In this document: piece after piece, positions 1-9,939 of the stretch
Layout of the letters: each line of letters starts with the position of its first letter
How positions within the stretch are numbered: position 1 is the first letter of the stretch
Source of the DNA: an uncultured Methanoregulaceae archaeon
GTDB taxonomy: Archaea > Halobacteriota > Methanomicrobia > Methanomicrobiales > Methanospirillaceae
Reading direction: 5' to 3'
Assembly: GCA_963737635.1 (NCBI GenBank)
Contig: CAVTTL010000001.1
Coordinates: 2,144,001-2,208,000, forward strand
Length of the DNA stretch: 64,000 nucleotides
Position numbers and translations under genes: made by a program
The notes under the pieces: model-generated
Database searches by the model: none
The model's input: the letters and a program-made list of their open reading frames with translations, nothing else
Told to the model about the DNA's origin: nothing

Positions 1-297
1 GAATATATTATTTCCCGGAATCCTTCCCTCCATGAAGAAATCACAGGAATGTATAGGGAAAGCCTTGAGGTTATGCGGGATGTTTTCCAAGAGCAGAAAC
101 GAAAGGGAAAGATCCATACTACCATGGAAGAAACCGATCTTGCTTTTCTCTGCGGCGTCGTTGCGCAGGGTCTGATCAATAGCGTGGACATGGGACTGGA
201 CCCTGCTGAAGCAAAACGATTGTGGCTTCTCTGTTTTACAAAACTTTCGGATGTCAGCTTAGGAAAGGAAAAGAAAAAGAAGATTTCCGGGGCATAA
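1..297 (+). CDS. TetR-family regulator, C-terminal part (5' truncated by window edge)
   Basis: Frame open from base 1. Helical C-terminus resembles TetR ligand-binding domains. Lies upstream of a DrrAB-type exporter. Confidence 0.55.
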   Translation, partial: EYIISRNPSLHEEITGMYRESLEVMRDVFQEQKRKGKIHTTMEETDLAFLCGVVAQGLINSVDMGLDPAEAKRLWLLCFTKLSDVSLGKEKKKKISGA

Positions 298-500
298 ATC
301 AATTTTTTGTGAGAAACCTTTTTTTGTCCTATTACCGCTAAATTTTCTTTCACAGTTCGAGTGAATTTCCGCCTAAATTATCGGGATGACTCCAGAATCT
401 TATAGTTCAGATCCCGGAGTAAAACAACCAATAATAGTCCTTTTATTGCCATCGTTTACGGTCCGATATTTCTATCAAATTTGTTAATTCAATTTATTTC

Positions 501-532
501 AGTTACTTTGAGTAACTTTAAATATTTAAAGT
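501..532. promoter_or_regulatory. Palindromic operator(s) in the AT-rich promoter region of the ABC exporter
   Basis: AGTTACT-ttg-AGTAACT (501-517) and perfect 18-bp palindrome ACTTTAAATATTTAAAGT (515-532). Confidence 0.55.
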
Positions 533-649
533 AACAACAATTTTAGAAGCTCATGAAAGTTTTTGCCATGCATCAGATCAGCTATTCACAAAAATCAAAA
601 TCGGCACTTTTCGTCGCAGGAATAATCTTTGCAGGAGGTAAACACAACT

Positions 650-1624
650 ATGAAGAATAACGCAATTTTAGCAGTTGAAGCTCACGGCTTGGTAAAGACC
701 TTTGGTGATAACAGGGCTGTTGATGGAGTGAGTCTGAGTATCCCGACAGGTAGTATCTGCGCTGTACTGGGGCCGAACGGCGCGGGAAAAACTACTACAA
801 TAAATATGCTTGCCACGTTGTCAAAACCGGATGCGGGGAATGTAAAAATATTCGGTTATGATGTTGTTCGCGAAACGCAAATTGTGCGTCAACTGATTGG
901 GTTGACGGGACAATTTGCCTCTATCGACGAGGATCTAACTGCTTTGGAGAATCTTATAATTTTCGGTAGATTGTATGGATATTCTCGCAAAGATTCTAAG
1001 CGCAAAGCGAATGAACTCTTGGAAGAGTTTGGGCTTAGTGATGTGGCGAGCCGCGCATTGTCAAAGTTTTCCGGCGGCATGCGGCGCAGACTTGACCTCG
1101 CGGTAAGTCTGATTTCCCAGCCGCCGCTGATCTTCCTTGACGAGCCGACAACAGGGCTTGACCCAAGGACTCGGACGCAGATGTGGCAGACAATACGCAA
1201 TCTTGTAAAAGGCGGCTCAACGGTACTGCTAACGACACAGTATCTTGATGAAGCCGATCAACTTGCCGACAACATTGTTGTAATCGACAAGGGACGAGTC
1301 GTTGCGAACGATACACCCGACGGATTGAAACGCTCCGTGGGAAGCAGTTCGTTGCACTTGACCGTCAAAGACGCAGATAACGCCGCCAACGCGGCGCAGA
1401 TCATCGAGCGCATACTCGATGCGAAGGTTCATCTTGGGAAAGCCTCTGAGTTGATCGCACCGATAGACAACATCGACAAACTGATCGATGTGTTGACGAC
1501 GCTGAAAGATGCCGGAATAGCGTTGTCCGGGGTAAACATCCTGCAACCTACACTTGATGAGGTGTTCTTCGCGCTGACAGGTGAGGGTTCCAAAGATAAA
1601 ATGGAGGAAAATTTAAATGACTAA
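650..1624 (+). CDS. DrrA-family ABC exporter ATP-binding protein
   Basis: Walker A GPNGAGKT, signature FSGGMRRRLD, Walker B IFLDEPT. GGAGGT RBS before ATG 650. Confidence 0.93.
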   Translation: MKNNAILAVEAHGLVKTFGDNRAVDGVSLSIPTGSICAVLGPNGAGKTTTINMLATLSKPDAGNVKIFGYDVVRETQIVRQLIGLTGQFASIDEDLTALENLIIFGRLYGYSRKDSKRKANELLEEFGLSDVASRALSKFSGGMRRRLDLAVSLISQPPLIFLDEPTTGLDPRTRTQMWQTIRNLVKGGSTVLLTTQYLDEADQLADNIVVIDKGRVVANDTPDGLKRSVGSSSLHLTVKDADNAANAAQIIERILDAKVHLGKASELIAPIDNIDKLIDVLTTLKDAGIALSGVNILQPTLDEVFFALTGEGSKDKMEENLND

Positions 1625-2435
1625 TACAATCATCATACCCGCCGCCGAGCGCAAACTGAAAAATAGAATCGGAGTTGTCACCACAATCAGAAACACATGC
1701 ACGTTCGCGTATCGGGCGCTATTAAAAATGTTCAAAAATCCCGAAATACTTGTGGATTTCGTAGTCTTACCGGTTATGTTCACGCTGCTTTTCACCTTTT
1801 TATTCGGGGGTGCGATTTCGGGCAACATCCCGAACTATCTGCCAATTGTCATCCCCGGCGTTTTGTTGATGTCATCTTTCACCAATTGTACCACCGCGGG
1901 TAGTAAACTGCGCGAGGATGTGAACAAAGGCATAACAAGCCGTTTTAAATCCATGCCGATTGCGCGAATTGCTCCGTTGGCGGGAAGTTTGACTGCCGAC
2001 CTTGTACGATACGTAATAGGGGGAACTACCGTTTTTGTTATGGGATATATTCTCGGTTACAGACCCGAAGCAGGCATTCCCGCGGTCATTTTCAGCATAC
2101 TTTTCATGATGCTCGTTGCCTGGTGTATGAGCTGGGTGTTTGCGTTTATTAGTATGTGCACAAAGACGATTTCAACTGCGTCTGCGATTGGTGTAGTAGT
2201 AATGTTCCCGTTAGTATTCCTGTCGAACGCTTTTGTTCCGGCCGGAACGATGCCGAGCTGGCTGCAATATTTTGTACTGCATATAAACCCGCTATCCACC
2301 GTCGTAACAGTGGTGCGGCAGTTGTTGACTTATGGCACGATAGGCGCGAATTTTTGGTTCGCATTATTCGGCGCTTTGGCGATACTCGTCGTATTCATTC
2401 CGCTGACACTTATTGCGTATAATCGCAAGGCGTGA
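1617..2435 (+). CDS. DrrB-family ABC-2 permease
   Basis: About 6 TM segments, FLSNAFVP..MPSWLQ..NP motif, overlaps ATPase stop. Confidence 0.92.
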   Translation: MTNTIIIPAAERKLKNRIGVVTTIRNTCTFAYRALLKMFKNPEILVDFVVLPVMFTLLFTFLFGGAISGNIPNYLPIVIPGVLLMSSFTNCTTAGSKLREDVNKGITSRFKSMPIARIAPLAGSLTADLVRYVIGGTTVFVMGYILGYRPEAGIPAVIFSILFMMLVAWCMSWVFAFISMCTKTISTASAIGVVVMFPLVFLSNAFVPAGTMPSWLQYFVLHINPLSTVVTVVRQLLTYGTIGANFWFALFGALAILVVFIPLTLIAYNRKA

Positions 2436-2450
2436 TCCTTGCGTAGTTTA

Positions 2451-2529
2451 GGTGCTGATAAATTAACAGGTGATCGTTATTTTTCTCTCTCGTAAATATT
2501 TTCTCACCACCCTTTAACTTATCAGAACC
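2451..2529. mobile_element. MITE-like element (divergent type B, 79 bp)
   Basis: TIR GGTGCTGATAAATTAA / TTAACTTATCAGAACC (14/16 match). Same length as family A but unrelated interior. Confidence 0.65.
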
Positions 2530-2558
2530 GAATTGGGTATAAGGTTGTTTTTTACGCA

Positions 2559-2637
2559 GGTTCTGTCAAGTCTTCGGGTGTTAGCATTAAGCCTACGTCG
2601 AGGAAAATAGGTCACCACCCGCAGATTTTACAGAGCC
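2559..2637 (-). mobile_element. MITE family A copy 1 (79 bp)
   Basis: GGTTCTGTCAAGTCTTCGGG...CCCGCAGATTTTACAGAGCC. Its reverse complement aligns to the other family A copies. Confidence 0.85.
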
Positions 2638-2760
2638 CAAAAAAATACTTTTTTATGAACACGTAGTGGTTTCGTTCAAACACTATATACTTTTGAAAGG
2701 AGATATAGTGCTCATTGAAATATTCTAGAACTCAGATCTACCTTCCGGACGAATCGCATT

Positions 2761-3264
2761 ATGGCACCTGTAAAGGCATCTGCAAATGAAAGATCCTTCC
2801 TCTCCTCATTTGGATCGAAAATCCGGGAAGATCCGGTTCGTGCAGAAATTACACAAATGATCACCTGCATAAAAGCAGCAGATTGCCTTACCGTGGAACA
2901 TACAGCCGATGAAGCTGGTTATTCTGGCGAGAAATCCAGCCGTGGAGAAAATCCAGTAACTATTCATGTCATAGAGTATGTCCTCGTAAAGCAGCCAGTA
3001 TTCATGGGCCTTATAACAAAGGAGATACAGCAGAGTAAACCAATCTGTATAATCCGGTTTGAGGGTTCCATCTGGAAGATAAAAGAAGAAGATATTTTCA
3101 ACACGGAAAAATTATCCGTTTTGTATAGACACCTCAAGTACTATGGTTTAAAAATTCAATTGGAAGGCACTTCAGAGGAGATACTTAATGGGATTTATAT
3201 TGAAGCTCGCAAAGCACGACCTGGAGCCATTGACCGCCCCCTGCCGGATGGCGAAAAGATATAG
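2761..3264 (+). CDS. Hypothetical protein (167 aa), bracketed by two MITEs
   Basis: ATG-start ORF with plausible composition; no recognised motif. Confidence 0.65.
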   Translation: MAPVKASANERSFLSSFGSKIREDPVRAEITQMITCIKAADCLTVEHTADEAGYSGEKSSRGENPVTIHVIEYVLVKQPVFMGLITKEIQQSKPICIIRFEGSIWKIKEEDIFNTEKLSVLYRHLKYYGLKIQLEGTSEEILNGIYIEARKARPGAIDRPLPDGEKI

Positions 3265-3274
3265 AGGAAAGTGT

Positions 3275-3352
3275 GGTTCTGTAAAGTCTGCGGGGGACGA
3301 CATCTTTCCTCGACGAAATCTTAATACAACCGCCCGAAGACTTGACCGAGCC
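3275..3352 (+). mobile_element. MITE family A copy 2 (78 bp), TGT flanking direct repeat
   Basis: GGTTCTGTAAAGTCTGCGGG...CCCGAAGACTTGACCGAGCC flanked by tgt on both sides. Confidence 0.85.
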
Positions 3353-3425
3353 TGTGCTCATACGCGATCTCCTTATTTGTTGTATTCATCACACTTATTA
3401 TAAAAAAGAGAATTCAGATGATCTA

Positions 3426-3647
3426 TCACTTCTTTTCGATTGACGCTTTGATCATCTTCATAGTCTCGATTTTAAACTGGATCTGTTTGATCCAAGCCTC
3501 TTTCATCATGATCTTGCCTTCAAGCATCCGTGCCATGACCATGTTCTTGGTCTTTTCATCGAGCTTCTCCCACATCATTTTCATGTGTTCGGCCATCTCT
3601 TCTGATCCGTGTTCCATACCCTGTTTTGCTTCCATAGTTCGTGTCAT
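3426..3647 (-). CDS. Small Met-rich helical protein (about 70 aa)
   Basis: MTRTMEAKQGMEHGSEEMAEHMKMMWEKLD...IEKK; AAGGAG upstream; start 3647 or 3635. Confidence 0.7.
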   Translation of the reverse strand: MTRTMEAKQGMEHGSEEMAEHMKMMWEKLDEKTKNMVMARMLEGKIMMKEAWIKQIQFKIETMKMIKASIEKK

Positions 3648-3779
3648 CTCCTTGGTGGTGCACCCAAAAGGGCTCACCAGCCACGCAGTATAATCCAATG
3701 TTGAAATACATCCTTTGTGGCAAAAAACAAAATGTGTGACAAAAAACAAAAAATACCTGCATTGCACCGCTTCATGGGA

Positions 3780-3839
3780 GGTTCTGATGCGACTTCGTTT
3801 AAATGCCATTCCTGCTAATATACCAGCATTCTTTTCTGA
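3780..3839. mobile_element. Truncated MITE-like end abutting copy 3
   Basis: GGTTCTGATGCG terminus with no matching right end; family A copy begins 60 bp later. Confidence 0.4.
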
Positions 3840-3919
3840 GGCTCTGTAAAGTCCGCGGTGGACGACCTTTTTTCCTCGACGAAAGTCTTGATGCAACCTC
3901 CCGAAGACGTGACAGAACC
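3840..3919 (+). mobile_element. MITE family A copy 3 (80 bp)
   Basis: GGCTCTGTAAAGTCCGCGG...CCCGAAGACGTGACAGAACC. Confidence 0.85.
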
Positions 3920-3935
3920 GTATAGAGGAATTCCG

Positions 3936-5336
3936 CTATACTTTTGCCAGCACCATGATTTCCCTGTCTGCAATGACAATAAGCAGTCCCACAACGCTGA
4001 GGATCACCATTACTGCAGCAATTGAATGCAGGCTCTGATCACTGACATCTGGATTAAAGAATATCGCGATAAGGGCCGACGATGCAACCGAGCCAAAATA
4101 CCCAAAGGTACGCAACAGGCCTGAGGCGGTACCGATCTGATCTGCGGTGACCTGGGTGTAAAAGGTTGTCTGGTTCGCACTGGCACACATCCCCATGGTA
4201 ATCCCGAAGATCGCCGTGATTACAACTATCCAGATTATCGGAGTCGCCGAGGTAAATAAAAGTACACCCGCAGACCCTATCAGGCAGGCAACGGCAGACG
4301 CAATAAGGGGAGTGCGCACGAGGTTCCGCCGCGAGACCAGCCACGCAAGCGCAATGGATATGAGACTCATTGGCAAAATGATGAATCCTGCATCAGCGGA
4401 TGAAATATTTTTGTCGATCTGAAGCCATTGCGTGACACCATACATTACGGTGTAGACGCACAGCATCGCAAGGGCAAAGCGCACATAGGTGAGTATCAAT
4501 GGCCGGTTCGTTGCCAACAGATGGAGGTCAATAAAAGGCTGGCTCACATGTCCTTCCCACCAGACAAAGGCCAAACCGAGCAGAATAACTACGCCTAACA
4601 CAACCCAATCTGGATCTGGCAGTGACATGAGAAAGACTAGGAGGGCAATCATCGCGCCACTAAAGACCGTGATGCCGGCCAGATCAATGCGGGCTGCCAA
4701 GGTACGGAGCGTCTTTGTACTCCTGCATGGCGGGTCCCGGGGGATCCAGAACACAGCCATAATGAGCGCCACGAGAGCCAGCGGGACGTTAATAAAAAAC
4801 ACGCTCTGCCAGCCCCAGGCGGCGACGAGGAATCCGCCAATGGGCAGTCCTATAACCGCAGTCGCCATTCCCGCAATCACAAGGCCGCCAAGCACTCCTC
4901 CCGGGGGCTCGGTCAGCCCGGCAGATTCGGCTCGCTGTCGGATCAAAAGCATTGCCGAAGGATATCCGGTCGAGGTGCCCACACCAATCAGGACCCGTGA
5001 TACGATCAACGTTGCGAGGTCATGGCCTAAGCCACCCAGCACTCCTCCAACCAGTACAGCGAGAATACCTGCAAGGAACACCCGCCGTGGCCCAAATGCC
5101 CCCGATAATTTTCCGGCTGCCGGCTGGCCAACGATACATGCCATATAAAGTGCCGCGACCAGAACTGCAGTCTGTCCGACCGGAACGTTGATGGCCGCTG
5201 CAATTGGCACCAGCGCAGTGGCAATGAACGAAGTGTTGACAGGATTTAGTGCGGAACCGATGAACAGGGGTGTTACAAAACGCCAATCGAACGCTTTTTT
5301 GCTTTCGGTGGGTTGAGGCAAGTTGGATTTATTCAT
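3936..5336 (-). CDS. MFS transporter (DHA2-like, about 14 TM)
   Basis: Motif A-like GKLSGAFGPRRV, GWQSVFFINVP, many TM helices. Confidence 0.92.
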   Translation of the reverse strand: MNKSNLPQPTESKKAFDWRFVTPLFIGSALNPVNTSFIATALVPIAAAINVPVGQTAVLVAALYMACIVGQPAAGKLSGAFGPRRVFLAGILAVLVGGVLGGLGHDLATLIVSRVLIGVGTSTGYPSAMLLIRQRAESAGLTEPPGGVLGGLVIAGMATAVIGLPIGGFLVAAWGWQSVFFINVPLALVALIMAVFWIPRDPPCRSTKTLRTLAARIDLAGITVFSGAMIALLVFLMSLPDPDWVVLGVVILLGLAFVWWEGHVSQPFIDLHLLATNRPLILTYVRFALAMLCVYTVMYGVTQWLQIDKNISSADAGFIILPMSLISIALAWLVSRRNLVRTPLIASAVACLIGSAGVLLFTSATPIIWIVVITAIFGITMGMCASANQTTFYTQVTADQIGTASGLLRTFGYFGSVASSALIAIFFNPDVSDQSLHSIAAVMVILSVVGLLIVIADREIMVLAKV

Positions 5337-5585
5337 TCATCATCCCCGGGAACCGGCGAGTAATTTCCCATTTAAATCTGTATCCGGAGAAATCAGATAT
5401 CAATCAAATTTTAATTGACCTGTTGTCAGATCTCCCCGTGTTCTCTATCAAATGAAATTTTATCTCCAGCCACAAGGCTGCTAAAACGCTTTGTCAGCTG
5501 ATTTATGTGTATTGCGACAGACCTGTTACGAGGTCCCATTTAAATTTCCAAGACACTCTTCAAATATTCTCAAAAGTCTTCCTTT

Positions 5586-6281
5586 TCATTTTCCCGGGAA
5601 TCCATTTTTTCGAGTATTTCTTTTTGCAAACTCCCGGACCTTTTCCGATGCATCGGGTCTAAGAGGTATTCCATGTCCCGACAGCATGATATCGAAATCA
5701 AGTGCGGCGATTTTATTGATTGATTGTTGTACCTCACGTGTGTCTAATGGCAATGGTCCTATTTCGATTTTACTACCGTTAAACCTCAATAGATCCCCAA
5801 CAAACAGAATTTTTGATGCCGGATCAAAAAGACAAATACTTCCCGGTGTATGTCCTGGTGTATGAATGGATGTGAGACCAGCGATGGTGTCACCATCGTT
5901 GAGCTTTATATCCGGTTCAACAGGTCTTGATCCGAAAAACAAGGGAATGAGGACTTTAACGATCATTCCCTGAGCACCTCTCGGTACAGGCGGGGTTTTC
6001 CTGCCGGAAACGTAGTCCGCATCCGCTTCATGAATGGCCACCTTCGCACCGCTCAGTTTTTTGAGATCGCTGGCGCCGCCCACGTGATCAATGTGAAAAT
6101 GTGTAAGGACGATTGTTTTGATTTCTGAAGGTTTACGTTTAAGAATATCCTGAATATAGGTTACTATTTTTGCGCTGTTTTTGGGCATTCCTGTATCGAT
6201 AAGTGTCAGTTCGTCCCGAACAATAATAAAACAATTACCATTTACACCATCGACTTGGTGAATTCCAGGTACTATCTCCAT
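5586..6281 (-). CDS. MBL-fold metallo-hydrolase
   Basis: THFHIDHVGG, TPGHTPG, GD and SGHG motifs. Confidence 0.92.
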   Translation of the reverse strand: MEIVPGIHQVDGVNGNCFIIVRDELTLIDTGMPKNSAKIVTYIQDILKRKPSEIKTIVLTHFHIDHVGGASDLKKLSGAKVAIHEADADYVSGRKTPPVPRGAQGMIVKVLIPLFFGSRPVEPDIKLNDGDTIAGLTSIHTPGHTPGSICLFDPASKILFVGDLLRFNGSKIEIGPLPLDTREVQQSINKIAALDFDIMLSGHGIPLRPDASEKVREFAKRNTRKNGFPGK

Positions 6282-6393
6282 AATCCTTCAACTCCATTTT
6301 TTGTAGTTCTTGACTACAAAGATCCAAGGTATGTCAATTTATAGTGGATACTAACAATTTTAGCCTGTGCTAACAAAATATATAGTAACTGTG

Positions 6394-6840
6394 ATGACGA
6401 AGAACGATGATTTTTGGCGATGGATCGAGGCTGCTCTCAATGTGATCGGAGGGAAGTGGAAACTGCTGATCGTTCTTGCATTAATGGACGGGACCCAGCG
6501 ATATAGCGAGATCTCGCATAAGCTTCCGGCAATCAGCGAGAGGATGCTCGTTAAACAGCTCCGTGAGATGGAGCACGACGGTATTATCACAAGGACAGTC
6601 TATGCAGTAGTCCCCGCGAAGGTTGAATATTCGCTTACGCAGTCAGGTGAAAAACTGATTCCTGTTTTGATAATTCTCGGTGTATGGCGTATAATCTACC
6701 GTGGATCCGATGTTGTCTGTGAGGGGTTGTCCGAGCCAGTGGATGTAGACCCCGCCAAACTTCGTCAGCTGCTCGAAGATGTCAACAGTATCCTTCAAGA
6801 TGCCGACAAAAAACTGAAACGCGAGGGTAATGCTGATTAA
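6394..6840 (+). CDS. HxlR-family winged-helix regulator
   Basis: IGGKWK..I, ISERML..QLREME.DG, KVEYSLT; divergent from the MBL gene. Confidence 0.9.
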   Translation: MTKNDDFWRWIEAALNVIGGKWKLLIVLALMDGTQRYSEISHKLPAISERMLVKQLREMEHDGIITRTVYAVVPAKVEYSLTQSGEKLIPVLIILGVWRIIYRGSDVVCEGLSEPVDVDPAKLRQLLEDVNSILQDADKKLKREGNAD

Positions 6841-6844
6841 GCCG

Positions 6845-6924
6845 GGCTCTGTAAAATCCGCGGGTGGCGACATATTCTCCTCGACGAAGGTTTAATGCAA
6901 CCACCCCGAAGACTTGACAGAGCC
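6845..6924 (+). mobile_element. MITE family A copy 4 (80 bp)
   Basis: GGCTCTGTAAAATCCGCGGGTGG...CCCCGAAGACTTGACAGAGCC, starting 4 bp after the HxlR stop. Confidence 0.87.
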
Positions 6925-7057
6925 CTTATTTCTTTACCCAAACAGGGGTGATTTCCCCAATACTATTTCGGGAACAGCTTTCCCAGCGAATCCGAAAAAA
7001 GTGCCGGAATCTGGTAAAATAATGAATTATAAATCCTAGGTGGCCTCATACGAGGGT

Positions 7058-7486
7058 ATGGAAAAGATAGCAGTGCTGGTAGATTCCCGGGGAGGACGTA
7101 CCCGGAGTGCCGCTGTCGCGATCGCGGAAGAGTTAGGGGTGAGTGTCGGGGACATTAAAAACCCGATGCCTGATGCTGAGATCCTTTTCCTCGGAAGCGG
7201 AATGTACGGCACCGGTCCGGGGCATTATATGAACCGCCTTCTCCAAGAGGGCACATTTACCGGAAGGAAGGTTGCCTTGTTTGCAACGGCAACGTATCCC
7301 AAGGATGGAGAGTGGATGCTTATCAGTATGGCGGAAACTCTGGAAAAGAAGGGCGCAACGATCCTCGGGAACACCGGAGGTGTCCGGGGCAAATTGATTA
7401 TCAACAAATACCTGCGCCTGCACCCGGAGGATCTGGAAGGTGCGAGGAACTGGGCCCGGGAGATCGTGGGGAATTACCCGCGCTGA
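7058..7486 (+). CDS. Flavodoxin-family protein
   Basis: SRGGRT..A..IAEEL, LFLGSGMYG, GRKVALFAT, ARNWA. Confidence 0.85.
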   Translation: MEKIAVLVDSRGGRTRSAAVAIAEELGVSVGDIKNPMPDAEILFLGSGMYGTGPGHYMNRLLQEGTFTGRKVALFATATYPKDGEWMLISMAETLEKKGATILGNTGGVRGKLIINKYLRLHPEDLEGARNWAREIVGNYPR

Positions 7487-7566
7487 TTGTGCCTTTGGAA
7501 AAGTGGCCGGACCCTCGCTTCGATCCTTCTTACCGCCCATCGGGCTGACAATGGTTGCCTTTAAGA

Positions 7567-7640
7567 GGCTCCGTCTAAGGGCGGTTGCATTAAGCCTTTG
7601 TCGAAGAAAATATGTCGCCACCCGCAGACTCGACAGAGTC
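7567..7640 (-). mobile_element. MITE family A copy 5 (74 bp, short deletion), AGA flanking direct repeat
   Basis: GGCTCCGTC...CCACCCGCAGACTCGACAGAGTC; interior aligns with copy 1; flanked by aga on both sides. Confidence 0.8.
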
Positions 7641-7658
7641 AGAGTATACCCTTTTTAT

Positions 7659-8321
7659 TTACACCGGGTCTTTTTTCGCAAACCTTGCACCCATATCGAA
7701 AGCTTTCTGGCAATCAACGGGGAACTTTTCTTCCCTGCGCTGTTTGGCTTTGGCTGCCGCATCATGCGAACAGACGTATTTCGTGTAATCGTCAAACAGG
7801 TCTGTGCCCGTAACGACCAGCGATTCGGCAGAGCCGAAGATCCGACCCAGGATCATCCCGGTGAGTGCGAAGTGACTGTCGAGCTGCATCGTCTTTATAC
7901 CATCCTCGTCTGCCCCCAAGGTTAAGATGAGCCCGGTCTTGATCTTTTTCGGGAATATCGAGGACCCGAGAATTTCGAGGGAGAAGTACGGGTACGCGGC
8001 CCGCTCGAAGAATGACCTCATCTCTCCGGTGACCGTGCCAAAGTAAATAGGCGATCCTAATATCAAGGCATCAACACCCGGTATCTTTTCCAGCACCGGG
8101 GTGAGGCCATCCTGAACTGCACATTTCCCATAACTTTTCCCGCCCTTCAGTTTGCAGGCTAAGCAGCTGGTGCAACCTTTGAAGTCAAGGTCATATAAAT
8201 GGACGATTTCGGTCGCGGCACCCTGTGATGCAGCGCCTTCGAGTACCTTGTTCAACAGCGTTGCGGTATTCCACGTCTTTCTTGGGCTCCCGTTGATTGC
8301 TAAAACGTTCATTATACCCAC
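7659..8321 (-). CDS. Iron-sulfur flavoprotein (ISF) / flavodoxin-family protein
   Basis: INGSPRK.WNT, CxxCxxC..C cluster motif, GSPIYFG. Confidence 0.9.
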   Translation of the reverse strand: MGIMNVLAINGSPRKTWNTATLLNKVLEGAASQGAATEIVHLYDLDFKGCTSCLACKLKGGKSYGKCAVQDGLTPVLEKIPGVDALILGSPIYFGTVTGEMRSFFERAAYPYFSLEILGSSIFPKKIKTGLILTLGADEDGIKTMQLDSHFALTGMILGRIFGSAESLVVTGTDLFDDYTKYVCSHDAAAKAKQRREEKFPVDCQKAFDMGARFAKKDPV

Positions 8322-9161
8322 GTCACGGTGAGGGATTTGCTGCGCTCCGGGATGCGCACCGGTTTATACTTTGGATACCCGGCCAACAACGCGCCGGCAA
8401 GCTTGCGGTTGTCCGGGATGTGGAGGGCTTCCCTTACGGGACGGTAATTCTGGGCAACACTGACCAACCGGCCAGCCCAGCACGTCCCGAGCCCGAAAGC
8501 CGGGGCGGTAATATCGACATGGGTAAGTGCGATGATCGCGTCGGTCTGTACCAGACCTGTGGTATCCGCCGTGCCCGTGGGAACATGGGCGCAGATAAGA
8601 ACCGGAGCGCCCCGACAGAGAATATCGATCCCGTTATTCCAGTATTCAGTGAGTAAAGGGATGAGTGGAGTGAGAGGTTGATCACTTTTCACCGATTCCT
8701 GTAAATAATCCAACGTAAGTGCGGCGATGGTATGGACTTTTTCAGCACCATTCACGACTACCCATTCGACAGGCTGGTAATTTCCCCCGGTCGCAGCATA
8801 GCGGGCGTTTTCAAGGATCTGCATGAGGGTTTCATTGGCCACCGGTTCGGGACGGTATATCCGGATCGAACGGCGACTTTTGAGGTAGGTACCTGAACTT
8901 CTCCGGACCGACTGATCCGGGTGCTGCTGCACGTTGAAGGTGCACACCTTCCTTGTGTTCGCGGGTCAGCGCCCCTGTTGGACAGAACGCTTCGCAATGC
9001 CCGCAGGACAGACACCATGCCTCCTTCGGGGACGGGATTTCCGGAAGCGCAGTAGAGTTATCAGCCAGTGTTATAATCTGCGTCGTGCAAATCTCCGAAC
9101 AGATCCCGCACCGGGTGCAGAGATCACGATCAACGGTTATTCCGATCATAAGGATAACCAT
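8312..9161 (-). pseudogene. 4Fe-4S ferredoxin-domain nitroreductase, frameshifted near 8900-8945
   Basis: CTRCGICSEIC and CLSCGHCEAFCP in one frame; SRRSIR..GLGTCWAG nitroreductase domain in another. Confidence 0.85.
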
Positions 9162-9268
9162 CCTGAAAATGTGAGATCGGCATTGCCGTCAGTTTCTTCA
9201 ATTTTTCTCACACCAGATTTGAATCGTTTGTGTTGCATACCAAATAGTACGCATAGGCGGGATAAATA

Positions 9269-9287
9269 GTTTGTTAGACTAACAAAC
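9269..9287. promoter_or_regulatory. Perfect palindrome, probable MarR operator for the nitroreductase-ISF operon
   Basis: GTTTGTTAG-A-CTAACAAAC between the MarR stop and the nitroreductase start. Confidence 0.6.
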
Positions 9288-9299
9288 CAATCTGTTGAT

Positions 9300-9740
9300 T
9301 CACTCTTTCTTCTCTGATGAGCAATCAATCATAATCCGAAATGCTTTGATAAGGGTTTTTTGCTGGTTTTCTGTTGTGGTTTTCTCAATCTGCTCTATGA
9401 ATGCCTGAAAAACCCGCTGTTTGTGTTTAAAAACCTGACAACCTTTTTCGCTCAGGGTCAGGAGAAATTTGCGCTGATCAACATCGGATTGGGTCCGGAT
9501 AACGAATCCGTCCTTCATAAGTTTTGTTATCGCGGCGTTAGCTGAAGGTTTTGAGACACCGAGTTTTTGGGCAAGTTCGGTTAGGGTGATACTGTCGTTG
9601 CGTTGGATGCCCCGTAAATAATAGAACTGGTTGAGGGTAAGATCACAAAAACCGATCTTTTCCATTTCGATTCTATCTGCTTCAACGGTAACATGTTTGT
9701 ACCGTTCGATAAACTGAGCAAATAGATCCCTTAAATCCAT
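9300..9740 (-). CDS. MarR-family regulator
   Basis: LTLNQF..L, ITLTELA..LGVSKPS, DQRKFLLTLSEKG. Confidence 0.9.
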   Translation of the reverse strand: MDLRDLFAQFIERYKHVTVEADRIEMEKIGFCDLTLNQFYYLRGIQRNDSITLTELAQKLGVSKPSANAAITKLMKDGFVIRTQSDVDQRKFLLTLSEKGCQVFKHKQRVFQAFIEQIEKTTTENQQKTLIKAFRIMIDCSSEKKE

Positions 9741-9780
9741 AGCAGTACATAGAACCAGTTCAAACATTAAGGTAATGGGG

Positions 9781-9867
9781 GGTTCTGTCGCGTTGACAGG
9801 ACTTAAAGTAACACCGTGGTGAGGACCATTAATTGGTATTTAAACATCCCGTAAATGCAACAGCACC
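9781..9867. mobile_element. MITE-like element type C (87 bp)
   Basis: TIR GGTTCTGTCGCGTTGACAGGA / TCCCGTAAATGCAACAGCACC. Confidence 0.7.
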
Positions 9868-9939
9868 CTCATGCTCGTTTTTGTAGTATGCAGTCGCCCG
9901 GTGCGTGTGCCGGGCGACGGGTTCATGATACCCGCTTCT

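Noticed and set aside
5438-5523. Possible eroded element between MFS and MBL (GCGACAGACC end)
   Set aside because: Right end lacks one base and the left end is unconvincing. The position fits the pattern but it is not callable.
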